From Candidatus Eiseniibacteriota bacterium (lineage in GTDB: Bacteria; Eisenbacteria; RBG-16-71-46; JABDJR01), in assembly GCA_963762255.1 (NCBI GenBank), contig CAVXKA010000003.1:384001-448000 (forward strand): a DNA stretch of 64,000 bases, in the 5' to 3' direction. Under the pieces are notes generated by a model. The model had not been told where the DNA came from. It did not search any database and saw only the letters and a list, made by a program, of their open reading frames with translations. Each line of letters begins with the position of its first letter. The stretch's first letter is position 1. This document shows positions 47,252-57,836 of this stretch, piece by piece. The translations under genes and the position numbers were made by a program.

Positions 47252-50200
47252 TCACGCTTCTGTTCTAGCCGGGAGACGATCGAGGACTTCTCGGAATCCG
47301 TCCTTCACGATCTCCTCAAAGCCCCGCTTCATGACAATGTCCTTGAGAGCTCCCAGCATGGCCGGAAGGCGTGGGCACATCTCTTCCATCAGGTCCACAA
47401 ACACCCAGAGGTCGGTCGACTTCCTAGTCGGGTCAACATCCTGCAACTCTGCGCGGAACTTCTCAAGCCGCCCTTGCCATACCTTCGTGAGCGCGACAAT
47501 GGCGTGATTGTCATTCAGCAAGGGCGTTGCGTCGTCCATCACGAGTGCTATGACCTTCTCCTGAAACTCCGCCCGGTGGTAGGCACAGCGGCGGAACGCT
47601 TGGAACAACTCGTGCGCCATGCAGAATTCCGAGTGCAGCGACTTCTCACTGATCACTGCTACAATCCGCTTGGCTCTTGCTACTTCTTGCGCGAAATGCT
47701 CAATCGAGTCACCGCCACGCATCCGCTCCTTGTCACGACCGATGACGCGACCACTCTTCTCCACAGCGGCACAAAGGCGGTCGACAATCTCCTCGCGCTG
47801 ACGACCAGACGCACTCGAATCCTCGCCCCAGGCGTAGGACACATATATTTCGGGTGCTGTCGTTCGGGCGACCGGCGCTGGGGGAAGATCACTGACCGTG
47901 ATCAGGCCGGGTTGAAATGGTAGGACAGGCGCAGCGAATGGAAATCGACGAACGTCTTGCTTGAGCCCAGTCAGGGAAGCGGGGATGATTGGGAAGTGGA
48001 AACACAGCCGGCCGTCTTCACGGCTGGTTTCTTGTTGGTCCCATAGCCGTAGGAGATAGGTCTCACTAAGTTCCTGCCGTTCATCTGCGGGCCGGCCCAG
48101 ATACGCCGCCAAGGCATCGCAGGCTTCAGAGCGGGCGCCGCGTCGCAGGTGGATGAAGGCCGCCAGCCAACCGCTAGTCTCGCCCCTGCCGAAGGCGGCG
48201 TGTGGGAACTCGGATAGAGCGCGATGAGCGCCCTCGGAATCGCGACTTGCGAGCCGGGAGAGTGCTTCTTGCGCTGCCAGCGCGAAATAGCGGGGAAATT
48301 CCACACGAGCGGACTTGGCGAGCTCTGCGGCACCGGCCCAATCGCCACGGTCCTGGCACTCCAGTACTCTTCCCAAGGTCACTTGGGAACGCGAAAGCGC
48401 AGCAGGACCAGACTCGGCAAGAAGGTTTGCCAACTGGGTGCTTTCTCCTGCGCCAACACAGAGCAATAGAGCGCCCTCGACTACCTGCTGCCTCCCAAAC
48501 TGCTCAGGAATTCGCTTCAGCCCTTCGATCTGAACGGCGATGGCTTCACTTGGTTTGCCCGCACGGCAGAAGACCTCACCCAAGCTCTGGTAGAGCGAGA
48601 AAAGGTTCTTGTCCGCCGGAATGACCCTCAAGCCTTCCTTGAGCAGCACCACCGCCTCGTCCGTCTTGCCCGCACGCCCCAGTATCTCCGCGCAACTCTG
48701 GTAGAGCGAGGAAAGGCTCGTCATCCCCGGAACCTTGATGCCTTCCTTGAGCAGCGCCACCGCCTCGTCCGTCTTCCCCGCGCGCCCCAGCATCTCCGCG
48801 CAACTCTGGTAGAGCGAGAACAGGTTCTTGCCCGCCGGAATGACCCTCAAGCCTTCCTTGAGCAGCACCACCGCCTCGTCCGTCTTGCCCGCGCGCCCCA
48901 GTATCTCCGCGCAACTCTGGTAGAGCGAGGAATGGCTCGTCATCCCCGGAACCTCGATGCCTTCCTTGAGCAGCGCCACCGCCTCGTCCGTCTTGCCCGC
49001 ACGCCCCAGCATCTCCGCGCAACTCTGGTAGAGCGAGAAAAGGCTCGTCATCCCCGGAACCTTGATGCCCTCCTTGAGCAGCACCACCGCCTCGTCCGTC
49101 TTGCCCTCCAGCCCCAGCATCTCCGCGCAACTCTGGTAGAGCGAGAACAGGTTCTTGCCCGCCGGAATGACCCTCAAGCCTTCCTTGAGCAGCGCCACCG
49201 CCTCGTCCGTCTTGCCCGCACGCCCCAGCATCTCCGCGCAACTCTGGTAGAGCGAGGAAAGGCTCGTCATCCCCGGAACCTTGATGCCCTCCTTGAGCAG
49301 CACCACCGCCTCGTCCGTCTTGCCCTCCAGCCCCAGCATCTCCGCGCAACTCTGGTAGAGCGAGAACAGGTTCTTGTCCGCCGGAATGACCCTCAAGCCT
49401 TCCTTGAGCAGCACCACCGCCTCGTCCATCTTGCCCGCGCGCCCCAGCATCTCCGCACAACTCTGGTAGAGCGAGAATAGGTTCTTGTCCGCCGGGATGA
49501 CCCTCAAGCCTTCCTTGAGCAGCACCACCGCCTCGTCCGTCTTGCCCGCGCGCCCCAGCATCTCCGCGCAACTCTGGTAGAGCGAGAAAAGGCTCGTCAT
49601 CCCCGGAACCTTGATGCCCTCCTTGAGCAGCACCACCGCCTCGTCCGTCTTGCCCTCCAGCCCCAGCATCTCCGCGCAACTCTGGTAGAGCGAGAACAGG
49701 TTCTTGTCCGCCGGAATGACCCTCAAGCCTTCCTTGAGCAGCACCACCGCCTCGCCCGTCTTGCCCGCACGCCCCAGCATCTCCGCGCAACTCTGGTAGA
49801 GCGAGAAAAGGTTCTTGTTCGCCGGGATGACCCTCAAGCCTTCCTTGAGCAGCACCACCGCCTCGTCCGTCTTGCCCGCTCCAGAAAGCAACTCAGCTCC
49901 GAGACGGTAAAGCGGCGCTGCATCGGTGCGATGATGTCTCGTTCGCAACGCGTTCCGAATTGTCCGCATTGCCGCATCTACGCCCACCGCCTGGTGCTGC
50001 AGCTTCACCAGCAGCGTCCAGCTGACTTCCGGCCCCCCCCCACTTGCCGCACGCTCTGCGTGAATGATCGCGCGCTCAATATCTCCGACTCGGCCGCGTG
50101 TCTGCAGACATCGTGCGAGATGGTACTCGAGTCCCTTCGCTCCACCGCCTTCCAGTAGGACGGAGAGAACACCGATTCGCTCGTCCAATTCCTCAGGATG

Positions 50201-51466
50201 CCTAGGGACAGGAGAGACAGCCCTGATTTCGTGCTTTAGGTGGTCGGTGAAACGATGCCCGATCTCGCGGATCTCGGCCTCACGCCCGGCTTGGACCAAG
50301 TGATAACGGACTTCCGCGAACGATTCCCCTAGCGTAGCTTGACTGCCAACAATGTGCTTCGCCTTGAAATGGCGCAGATGGTAATCGGCCGCCCCCGAAT
50401 GAGCCTGCTTGTATTCCGCAGGCTCCTCCTTCAGGTGACTGAGGGAGATTTCCCGAACGATCGGATTCAGGGATAGCACACCACTTCGGAAGTTGATGAG
50501 GTAGCGAGTGATCAGAATCGTCCGCAGTCGCGCCGCCTCGTCTTTGCTGCCGCAAGTCCTTTCAAGCGCCTCGCGCTTGAAACTTCGCCGGTGGACCGCG
50601 AGACGCCAGAGTTTCTTCTGGTGAGCCATATCCAGGTGCTTCAGTGTCCGCTCCAACAAGTCGCGCTCAAGAGTATCGAGAAACTCCCGTGACACTACCC
50701 GGTCTTTGGTTTCCCAGAGGCCTGGTTTGCTGCCCATAATCTCGTCCAGAGAATCGTAGGCAAGCGCGCCGACCAATGCCTCGATTGCCCTCGGGTTGTA
50801 GTCCAATGCCTTTACCAAGTCCTGTTTGCGCTCCGGCAGCTCATCCAACACCACATCGGAGTCCTCGAGTTTGCTCTCGAGTGCTTCGATTGCTTCCTCC
50901 GGCTCGAGCTTTGTCAGAGTCCGTTTCGGAATCCATTCTGACCATCTTGCATTCTCCACGAGACGGTCACTGAGCAGTAGTAGGCGACCTGGTAAGTTCT
51001 GGCGATTGCGGAGGAAGGAAACAACGTTGTTCAGCTCAGGCAAGGGGCTCCCTGAGTCTGGCATGAAGAACCTCTGGGCTTCATCCAAGATGATGACGAC
51101 CGGGCGGCTAAGCGCCTCCTCCAGTGCAAAGGCAAGGTTCGGACTCGTCTCTTCGAAGAGCACACGTTCCATCTCGGGTAGTCCTTGACGGCTTAGGCTT
51201 GCTGATAACTCCATCAAGCCCTCAATCACCGATGGCGTCGGCCGGTCGGAGATCTCATTGATGACGGTATGCTCCCAGCATTCCCTCTTCTGTGCCGCGT
51301 CGCGCAGGTCTCGAGCAAGATCAGTCTTCCCCACACCTGAGAAACCCTGGAGAAAACACACGGGCGGCCCGGTCGTGAGCCACACGTTCACCAACCAGTC
51401 GAGATTCTCGGCGCGATTACGACCGATGTACTTCTTCAGCATGAAAGTCACACCCATCTGGATCAT
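47252..51466 (-). CDS. STAND-like NTPase - TPR-like repeats - C-terminal TIR protein
   Basis: Motifs YIGR, GFSGVGKT, IILDEAQ and YNPRAI; 12 helical repeats; C-terminal TIR IYVSYAWG..RD..GDSI..VISEKSLHSEFCMAHEL. Confidence 0.85.
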   Translation of the reverse strand: MIQMGVTFMLKKYIGRNRAENLDWLVNVWLTTGPPVCFLQGFSGVGKTDLARDLRDAAQKRECWEHTVINEISDRPTPSVIEGLMELSASLSRQGLPEMERVLFEETSPNLAFALEEALSRPVVIILDEAQRFFMPDSGSPLPELNNVVSFLRNRQNLPGRLLLLSDRLVENARWSEWIPKRTLTKLEPEEAIEALESKLEDSDVVLDELPERKQDLVKALDYNPRAIEALVGALAYDSLDEIMGSKPGLWETKDRVVSREFLDTLERDLLERTLKHLDMAHQKKLWRLAVHRRSFKREALERTCGSKDEAARLRTILITRYLINFRSGVLSLNPIVREISLSHLKEEPAEYKQAHSGAADYHLRHFKAKHIVGSQATLGESFAEVRYHLVQAGREAEIREIGHRFTDHLKHEIRAVSPVPRHPEELDERIGVLSVLLEGGGAKGLEYHLARCLQTRGRVGDIERAIIHAERAASGGGPEVSWTLLVKLQHQAVGVDAAMRTIRNALRTRHHRTDAAPLYRLGAELLSGAGKTDEAVVLLKEGLRVIPANKNLFSLYQSCAEMLGRAGKTGEAVVLLKEGLRVIPADKNLFSLYQSCAEMLGLEGKTDEAVVLLKEGIKVPGMTSLFSLYQSCAEMLGRAGKTDEAVVLLKEGLRVIPADKNLFSLYQSCAEMLGRAGKMDEAVVLLKEGLRVIPADKNLFSLYQSCAEMLGLEGKTDEAVVLLKEGIKVPGMTSLSSLYQSCAEMLGRAGKTDEAVALLKEGLRVIPAGKNLFSLYQSCAEMLGLEGKTDEAVVLLKEGIKVPGMTSLFSLYQSCAEMLGRAGKTDEAVALLKEGIEVPGMTSHSSLYQSCAEILGRAGKTDEAVVLLKEGLRVIPAGKNLFSLYQSCAEMLGRAGKTDEAVALLKEGIKVPGMTSLSSLYQSCAEILGRAGKTDEAVVLLKEGLRVIPADKNLFSLYQSLGEVFCRAGKPSEAIAVQIEGLKRIPEQFGRQQVVEGALLLCVGAGESTQLANLLAESGPAALSRSQVTLGRVLECQDRGDWAGAAELAKSARVEFPRYFALAAQEALSRLASRDSEGAHRALSEFPHAAFGRGETSGWLAAFIHLRRGARSEACDALAAYLGRPADERQELSETYLLRLWDQQETSREDGRLCFHFPIIPASLTGLKQDVRRFPFAAPVLPFQPGLITVSDLPPAPVARTTAPEIYVSYAWGEDSSASGRQREEIVDRLCAAVEKSGRVIGRDKERMRGGDSIEHFAQEVARAKRIVAVISEKSLHSEFCMAHELFQAFRRCAYHRAEFQEKVIALVMDDATPLLNDNHAIVALTKVWQGRLEKFRAELQDVDPTRKSTDLWVFVDLMEEMCPRLPAMLGALKDIVMKRGFEEIVKDGFREVLDRLPARTEA
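48580..49880 (-). repeat. 12 near-identical coding repeats of two lengths (111 nt and 108 nt)
   Basis: Unit SLYQSCAE(M/I)LG(RA/LE)GKTDEAV(V/A)LLKEG followed by LRVIPAxKN (type A) or IKVPGMTS (type B); order AABAABABBABA. Confidence 0.95.
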
Positions 51467-51651
51467 GTCCTATGCGCGATGTCCGTGCTCATGCATCTTA
51501 CTGGCCCCCCTCGCCGGCGGGCACTACCCTGGAGCCTGTTGTCTGAGGCAGCATAAGCTCTGCCGAATGGCGCCGTCCTCCCCAAATGCACGCACCGCCG
51601 GTACAAGTCCAACGTTTACTAACGCTTGCCTTGCTGGCTGAGCTGCGACCG

Positions 51652-53376
51652 TCAGTGAAGCAACCAGACAAAGACAACAGAACCCCACCAAACCCCCACC
51701 ACCCCCACCCCCACCACCGCCCTCCTCAACTTCTCGTGCCTATCGAACAACCGCACGAACTCCGACTCGTGCCTTCCGCCCTTGGCCTTCACCACCACCG
51801 CCAGCGCCCGCCGCTCGGCAGAAGACCACCCCTCAACCCCCTCCAGCGCCATGACCAAGGGACTCCACCGCTCCCACGCCTGCCGCTCCCCCGCATCGAA
51901 GCCGCGCAGCGACTTCAGACCCAGCAGCTTCATGGCCTCGCGGGAGCAGACGCGCAGACCTTCCTCGCGCGAGGAGCCAAACCGCCCAGCCAGATACCGC
52001 GACACCCCCACCCCGATCTCCCCCAGCGGCAACCGCCCCATCACATCGGCCCGCGGTCGCCCCGTGTAGTAGAAGACGCTCTTCGCCGAGAGCCGCTGTA
52101 ACGTTCGCGTATCGGACCGGTGCCGCGGGTCATGCTTCATGGCGCGAAGCTCCCCCTCCAGCACCCGCAGCACCTCGGCATCATGCGGCCGGAATCCCAA
52201 CTTGTAGTAGAACCACCACGCACCGGACTTGAGCCCCTCGGCGTTGTCATGCCCGAGCTGATACGGATCGATGGTGAACGCTTCCGCGCCAAAGACGTGC
52301 CGCGCCGCCGCAAGCACCCGCCCGTAGACGTACCCGCTCTCCCCGCCGCGAAACGTCTCGAATACGTTGTACGCGATCTCCGACGAGTTGAAGAGCGAGC
52401 TCACCAGCACGTAGCCCAGCGGCACCCCGTTCTTGAGCATGAGAAACGCGTACACCGCCTCCAGCATCAACCGCCGCTCGGGCATGAGCCCGATACATGC
52501 GAACTGGAGTCCGTCGCCGCACTCGATCATGCGGACGTCGCGCGGGTCGGGGTACTTGAACGAGTAGAGGTCGCGCGCTCGGGTCACCATCGACTCGCGA
52601 GCGAGATCGATCAACGCCTCCGCCTCGCGGGGTTCCACGTCCACCACCGCCAGGGGCGTGCGACGCAACTCTCGACGCAGATCCGGCCGCTCTAACCGCA
52701 ACGCGCGCCGCTGAAACGAGACTCGCGATCCCGCGAACCGCGCATGCGTGCGGTTGGGTGTGCCCGGCCCGGGCCTGAGCCGGTACGGCACGTCGAAGTC
52801 CTCGTAGTGCTTTTCGCGGGTGAACGCGTCGCCGGGCTCGGTCTCGAACCGCTTCACAAGGAACGCGCCGTCCGTCGCCTGGGGCCCCCGCAGCAACTCA
52901 ATCCACTTGCGCGGCCCAGCGGAGTAGTTGTCCAAAGCAACCGTCTCCGTGAACGGCATGATCAACGACAGGTACTCGGTCAGCCCATCCGACTTCGTGA
53001 ATGCCGGCCAGTCGATGCGCAGGCTCTCCGGCCATCGATGCGCGAGCCATCGCGCGGTCGGCCAGTAGAACGAGTAGTTGATGACCGTCCCCGCGACACC
53101 GGTGTCAGCGAGCTCGCCGCGCAGCCGACGCAGGTCGCGCCGCTTCTCGAACTCGGCCAGAAGGCGCTCCGCCTCGGCAAGCACCTTCGGCCCGTCCGGA
53201 TACGCGCGCAGGAAGCAGAGCAGTTCGTGGAATCGCAGGAGCGCGCTCGCCCGCGCGAAGCTCGCCCGATCGAGCGCGCGCAACAGCGCGACCTTCTGCG
53301 CTGCCGCATCCCCACCATAGGCGAACTTCAGGGCCTCGAGGTCCTTGAGCAGCGCGATCGGCGATTTCACGGCCAT
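51652..53376 (-). CDS. Hypothetical protein (574 aa)
   Basis: Long ORF with GC-rich codon bias, directly downstream of the M20 peptidase gene. Conserved-looking motifs KNGVPLGY, FETFRGGES and SGAWWFYYKLGFRP. Confidence 0.75.
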   Translation of the reverse strand: MAVKSPIALLKDLEALKFAYGGDAAAQKVALLRALDRASFARASALLRFHELLCFLRAYPDGPKVLAEAERLLAEFEKRRDLRRLRGELADTGVAGTVINYSFYWPTARWLAHRWPESLRIDWPAFTKSDGLTEYLSLIMPFTETVALDNYSAGPRKWIELLRGPQATDGAFLVKRFETEPGDAFTREKHYEDFDVPYRLRPGPGTPNRTHARFAGSRVSFQRRALRLERPDLRRELRRTPLAVVDVEPREAEALIDLARESMVTRARDLYSFKYPDPRDVRMIECGDGLQFACIGLMPERRLMLEAVYAFLMLKNGVPLGYVLVSSLFNSSEIAYNVFETFRGGESGYVYGRVLAAARHVFGAEAFTIDPYQLGHDNAEGLKSGAWWFYYKLGFRPHDAEVLRVLEGELRAMKHDPRHRSDTRTLQRLSAKSVFYYTGRPRADVMGRLPLGEIGVGVSRYLAGRFGSSREEGLRVCSREAMKLLGLKSLRGFDAGERQAWERWSPLVMALEGVEGWSSAERRALAVVVKAKGGRHESEFVRLFDRHEKLRRAVVGVGVVGVWWGSVVFVWLLH

Positions 53377-53410
53377 CCCGAGCCCCTCCCCTGGGTAGGA
53401 TGGCTGGACT

Positions 53411-54820
53411 TTACTTCAAGTTCACCGCTTTTGACAGAACGTGCGCCGTGCAGCAGGTCAGCTTCTTTGCCGCCGGGATGTGCAGGAACTCGTTCGGTCC
53501 GTGCGCGTTCGACTGCGGCCCCAGCACGCCGGTGATGAGGAACTGCGCCTTGGGGAACTTCTCCCCCAGCATGGCCATGAAGGGGATCGAGCCTCCCTCG
53601 CCCATGAAGCACGCGGGCTTGCCGAAGTACGTCTTGGACGACTCGTCGAGCGCCTTATCCAACCACGGGGCCAGCGGCGGCGCGTCCCACCCGCTTCCCG
53701 GTCCCTCGGGATCGAACCGCACGGCGGCGCCGTACGGAGGATCGCTCTCCAGGACCTGCTTCACCTTCGCCAGCGCCCGCACCGGATCCGCGCGCGGCGG
53801 AAGCCTGAGCGACAGCTTGAGCGTGGTGAAGGCGCGCAGCACGTTCCCCGCGCCGGCGGAGGCCGGCAGACCGTCCCCGCCCACCACTGCGAGGTTCGGA
53901 CGCCACGTGTTGTTGAGAATAAGCTCGGCGAGGTCATCGCCCATCGGCTTCATCCCCGGCATCATCGGCCAGTCGCTGTAGACGGTATCGCCGAGGACCT
54001 TCGCCACCTCCGTGATTTCCTTCCTGCGCGCGGCAGGGATGTCCACGTGGAACTCGGGCAGGAGGATCTCACCGGTGTGCTCGTCTTCGATGCGGCTCAG
54101 AAGCGCGCGCGCGATGCGGAAGCTGGAAGGGACCACGCCCCCCGCGCCCCCCGAGTGCGCGCCCTCGCGCAGCACCTGCACGGTGAGCCTTCCGGCGACG
54201 AGACCCCGTAGCGAGGTCGTGGACCAGAGCTGATCGTAGTTGCCGGCACCGGAGTCGAGGCAAACGATGAGGCTCGGCACGCCGATCCGCGCCTTCAGGT
54301 GCTCGATGTAATCGGGAAGATCGGGGCTGCCGCTCTCCTCCGACGCCTCGATCAGGACTACGCAGCGCGCGTGCGGGAGACCCTGCGCTTGCACCGCCTC
54401 GATCGCCGCCAACGCCGTGTAAGCGGCGTATCCGTCGTCGGCGCCCCCGCGCCCGTAGAGCTTCCCGTCTTCGATGACCGGCGTCCACGGCCCGAGGCCT
54501 TCGCGCCAACCGGTGACCGGCGGCTGCTTGTCCATGTGCCCGTACAGCATGACCGTCTCCGCGGTCTTGCCCGGGATCTCCATGAAGAGGAGCGGTGAGC
54601 GGCCGGGGAGTTTGACGATCTCTAGCTTCATGCCCGGGATCTCGCGGGCGCCGCACCATTCGGCGATGAGGCGCATGGCCCGATCGATGTGGCCGGTCTT
54701 CTCCCACTCCTTGTCGAAGTCGGGGGAGAGCGCGGGGATGGTGATGTACTCCTTGAGCGAGGGAAGGATGTCCCGATCCCACATCGCCTCCACGAAACCC
54801 TGCGTCTTCTTCACGTCCAT
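53411..54820 (-). CDS. M20 family metallopeptidase/dipeptidase
   Basis: Motifs YGHMDKQP, GRGGADDG, EESGS, GEGGSIPF and NAHGPNE. Confidence 0.92.
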   Translation of the reverse strand: MDVKKTQGFVEAMWDRDILPSLKEYITIPALSPDFDKEWEKTGHIDRAMRLIAEWCGAREIPGMKLEIVKLPGRSPLLFMEIPGKTAETVMLYGHMDKQPPVTGWREGLGPWTPVIEDGKLYGRGGADDGYAAYTALAAIEAVQAQGLPHARCVVLIEASEESGSPDLPDYIEHLKARIGVPSLIVCLDSGAGNYDQLWSTTSLRGLVAGRLTVQVLREGAHSGGAGGVVPSSFRIARALLSRIEDEHTGEILLPEFHVDIPAARRKEITEVAKVLGDTVYSDWPMMPGMKPMGDDLAELILNNTWRPNLAVVGGDGLPASAGAGNVLRAFTTLKLSLRLPPRADPVRALAKVKQVLESDPPYGAAVRFDPEGPGSGWDAPPLAPWLDKALDESSKTYFGKPACFMGEGGSIPFMAMLGEKFPKAQFLITGVLGPQSNAHGPNEFLHIPAAKKLTCCTAHVLSKAVNLK

Positions 54821-55036
54821 CGTCGCACCCCTTCCCTTGGAGAAACCGGCCGGCCGGGCCCGATCCCCGGGTCTTTCGGGGGCTCGGCCGTAGGAGGCAG
54901 CATAGCCTGGGGGCTATCCCCCCGGGCAAGCGGATCGTGCTACAGTATTGCGCTTGTTGAGCCGCCAGTTCATTCGGTTCTCGTTCATTGGATTATCCAC
55001 GGCGGCGCTTTGTCCCCAGCAAAGGATTGTCACCGG

Positions 55037-56695
55037 ATGCGGATTTCAGGCCGACTTTGCTTTGTCGTTGTATTTTCTCTAGCGCTCGGCGTCGGGCTGG
55101 CTGCCGCGCCGGGTCAGGTCGCCGCGCAGGCTCAGGCTGCCGCGCCGCCCGACGCGCAGACTCAGGCGCCGGGTGACGCTCAGCCCCAGGCCCTCTCCTC
55201 CGGCGCCAACCCGGACAGCGCCCTTGCGGTGACGCTGGCCGGGATCGCCGGCGCTCCCCTCACGCTCGCCGACGCGTTCCGCTCGGCGGAGGAGAACGCC
55301 ACCTCGCTGCGGGACGCGGAGGCCGTTCTTGAAGGAGCGCGCGCATCCGTGCGCCGCGAGCGCGGCGGTTTCGACCCCGAACTCTTCGCGCGCGGCACGA
55401 TCGCGAGCGACGACAGCCCCACCGCGTCGTTCTTCTCCGGGGCCGACGTGCTGAAGACCGAGGAGACCTCGATCGAGGGGGGCGCGCGCATGCGGCTTCC
55501 CCTGGGCACCGAGCTCGAAGCGTCCCTCAACACGACGCGCGCGAAGACGAATTCGTCGTTTGCCTCGCTCGATCCGCAGGTCAACACGCACGGAGAACTC
55601 TCGCTTCGCCAGCCGCTGTTGGCCGGGTTCGGGCCGGCCGCGCGGCAGGCTCTCTCCGCGGCCGAGCGCGCGCTGGCTGCCGCCGAAGCACGCGAGCGCG
55701 ATGCGCGGCTGGCCATCGAGTCCGACGTGACCGCGGCCTACTGGGAGGTGTACGCGGCCGAGCGCGATCTGGCGGTCCGGCTCCTTCTGCGCGATCAGGC
55801 ACGCGCGCTCCTGAGCGACGCGGAGACGCGCGCACGGGCCGGCCTCGTGGGTCCGAACCAGCCGGCCAATGCGCGGGTCTTCCTCGCGGAGCAGGAGATC
55901 GGCGCGCTGGATGCGGAAGAGCGTCTCGACCGCTTCTCCGACACGCTGGCGTCGTTGATCGGCGAGCGCCCCGCCGAGGGCTCGGCGCGCTTCCGCCCCA
56001 TCGACGAACCGCCCGCCGACTACCCGGCCCCGCCGGTCGATGAGGCGGTCGCGGAGGCGGTACGCCGTAACTACGAGCTCCAGGCCCAGCGCGCGACGGT
56101 GGAGCAGGTGCGAGGCCTGGCCGGCGCCGCGCGATGGAACGCGCTTCCCACGCTGGACCTGGTCGGCGCCCTGGGCGGTAACGGTCTCTCCGGCACCGGG
56201 CGCGACGTGATCTTCGGCGCCGACACGCTGCGCACCGACGTGCGCGGCGGCTTCAGCGACACCTGGGCGCAGGTCCGCGAGCGCAAGTACCCGACCTGGA
56301 GCGTGGGGCTCGAGCTCACCTTCCCTATCGGGCTCCGCGAGGGGCGCGGCGAGCGCGATCGCTTGCGGAGCGAGGTGGCGCGCGCCGAGCAGCAGGTGAC
56401 GGCGAGCGAGCGCTACCTCGAGGAGCGCGTCCGCGAGTCGCACCGAGAACTCGTGCACGGCGCCCGACGCCTCGCCGCGGCCCGCGAAGGAGTGGCCGCC
56501 TCGCAGGATCAGGTCCGCATCGGCCTCGTTCAGTACCGCCACGGCCAGACCACCGCCTTCGAGCTGGTGCGGTTGGGGGCCGACCTCGCTTCCGCCCAAC
56601 AGCGCTACTCGCAGGCCCTGGTGAGCACCGCCAAGGCCGCCGCTTCGCTTCGTTATCTGACCTCGGGCGCCGACTTCGCCGCCCAAGAACCATAG
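55037..56695 (+). CDS. TolC-family outer membrane efflux protein
   Basis: Signal peptide MRISGRLCFVVVFSLAL and OEP-repeat motifs (LRQPLL.GFG, LPTLDL, WSVGLELTFPI); first gene of the RND operon. Confidence 0.88.
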   Translation: MRISGRLCFVVVFSLALGVGLAAAPGQVAAQAQAAAPPDAQTQAPGDAQPQALSSGANPDSALAVTLAGIAGAPLTLADAFRSAEENATSLRDAEAVLEGARASVRRERGGFDPELFARGTIASDDSPTASFFSGADVLKTEETSIEGGARMRLPLGTELEASLNTTRAKTNSSFASLDPQVNTHGELSLRQPLLAGFGPAARQALSAAERALAAAEARERDARLAIESDVTAAYWEVYAAERDLAVRLLLRDQARALLSDAETRARAGLVGPNQPANARVFLAEQEIGALDAEERLDRFSDTLASLIGERPAEGSARFRPIDEPPADYPAPPVDEAVAEAVRRNYELQAQRATVEQVRGLAGAARWNALPTLDLVGALGGNGLSGTGRDVIFGADTLRTDVRGGFSDTWAQVRERKYPTWSVGLELTFPIGLREGRGERDRLRSEVARAEQQVTASERYLEERVRESHRELVHGARRLAAAREGVAASQDQVRIGLVQYRHGQTTAFELVRLGADLASAQQRYSQALVSTAKAAASLRYLTSGADFAAQEP

Positions 56696-56705
56696 GAAGA
56701 AAACA

Positions 56706-57836
56706 ATGGTCGCGATCCTGAAACAGCACATTGCACTGCGTACTGCATCGTCGGCTCTCGCCGCCGGTGCTCTCGTTCTGACCCTCGCCCTCGTGCCCGG
56801 ATGCGCGAAGAAGGCCGGAGGCGCCGGCGGCGGGTTCGCCATGCCGCCCACCCCGGTGGAGACGGCGACCGTCTCACCGCGCTCGGTGATCGACCGCTTC
56901 GAGACGGTGGGCACCATCGAGGCCGGCGAGGCGGTCACCATCGTGGCCGAGATCGACGGCACGGTGGAGAGCATCCCCTTCCATGAAGGGGATACCATCG
57001 CCCGCGGCGGCTTGATCGCGCGGATGGACGACCGGCAGCTTGCCGCCGACCGCGACCGCGCCGAGGCGATCCGCGACCAGGGCCGCTCGACCTTCGCGCG
57101 CGTGAAGGCGGTCGTGGATCAGGGCGCGGGAGCCCCGCAGGATCTCGACGACGCCGCCGCGAACCTGAAGGTGGCGGAAGCGAACCTCGCGCTGGCCGAG
57201 GCGCGCCTCGACAAGGCACGCGTGACCGCGCCGTTCTCGGGCATCATCGGCGCCCGGCGCATCAGCCCCGGCGCGTATCTCCGCACCGGCGACGCGATCA
57301 CCGATCTCGCCCAGATCGAGGAGATCCGCGTCACCTTCTCCGCACCGGAGCGCTACCTGGGCAAGCTGCAGCAGGGCTCCACGGTGCAGGTCAGCACCAC
57401 CGCCTATCCGGGGTACGCGCTGGAAGGCGTCATCAACGTCATCGATCCCGTCCTCGACCCCGGCACGCGCAGCGCGCGGGTCGTCGCCCGCGCGAAGAAC
57501 CCGGAAGGCAAGTTCCGCCCCGGCATGTCGGCCAACATCACGACCGTGCTCGCGCAGCGTGAGGGCGCGCTCACCGTGCCGAGCGAAGCCGTGGTGGTGG
57601 AGGGCAACCAGGCCTTCGTCTACGTGGTCAACGCCGACAGCTCGGTGGTGCGTACGCCGCTCACTCTCGGGACACGCATGTCCGACGCGGTCGAGGTCGT
57701 GGACGGAGTGACCGCCGGAACCGTGGTGGTGCGCGCCGGCCATCAGAAGCTCTACCCCGGCGCCAAGGTCATGCCGGTCCAGAGCGGTGCCGCGCCTTCG
57801 GGAGGCGCGCCCGCGGCGGAGGGGGCCCGCCCATGA
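56706..57836 (+). CDS. RND efflux periplasmic adaptor (MFP)
   Basis: Lipobox-like LVPGC, VTAPFSGIIG, FRPGM and VPSEAV. Confidence 0.92.
   Translation: MVAILKQHIALRTASSALAAGALVLTLALVPGCAKKAGGAGGGFAMPPTPVETATVSPRSVIDRFETVGTIEAGEAVTIVAEIDGTVESIPFHEGDTIARGGLIARMDDRQLAADRDRAEAIRDQGRSTFARVKAVVDQGAGAPQDLDDAAANLKVAEANLALAEARLDKARVTAPFSGIIGARRISPGAYLRTGDAITDLAQIEEIRVTFSAPERYLGKLQQGSTVQVSTTAYPGYALEGVINVIDPVLDPGTRSARVVARAKNPEGKFRPGMSANITTVLAQREGALTVPSEAVVVEGNQAFVYVVNADSSVVRTPLTLGTRMSDAVEVVDGVTAGTVVVRAGHQKLYPGAKVMPVQSGAAPSGGAPAAEGARP

Noticed and set aside
48580-49880. Repeat array as a CRISPR, TALE-like array or DGR template
   Set aside because: These are in-frame 36/37-aa helical repeats without TALE consensus. 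There is no reverse transcriptase in the window and no adenine-specific variation pattern.
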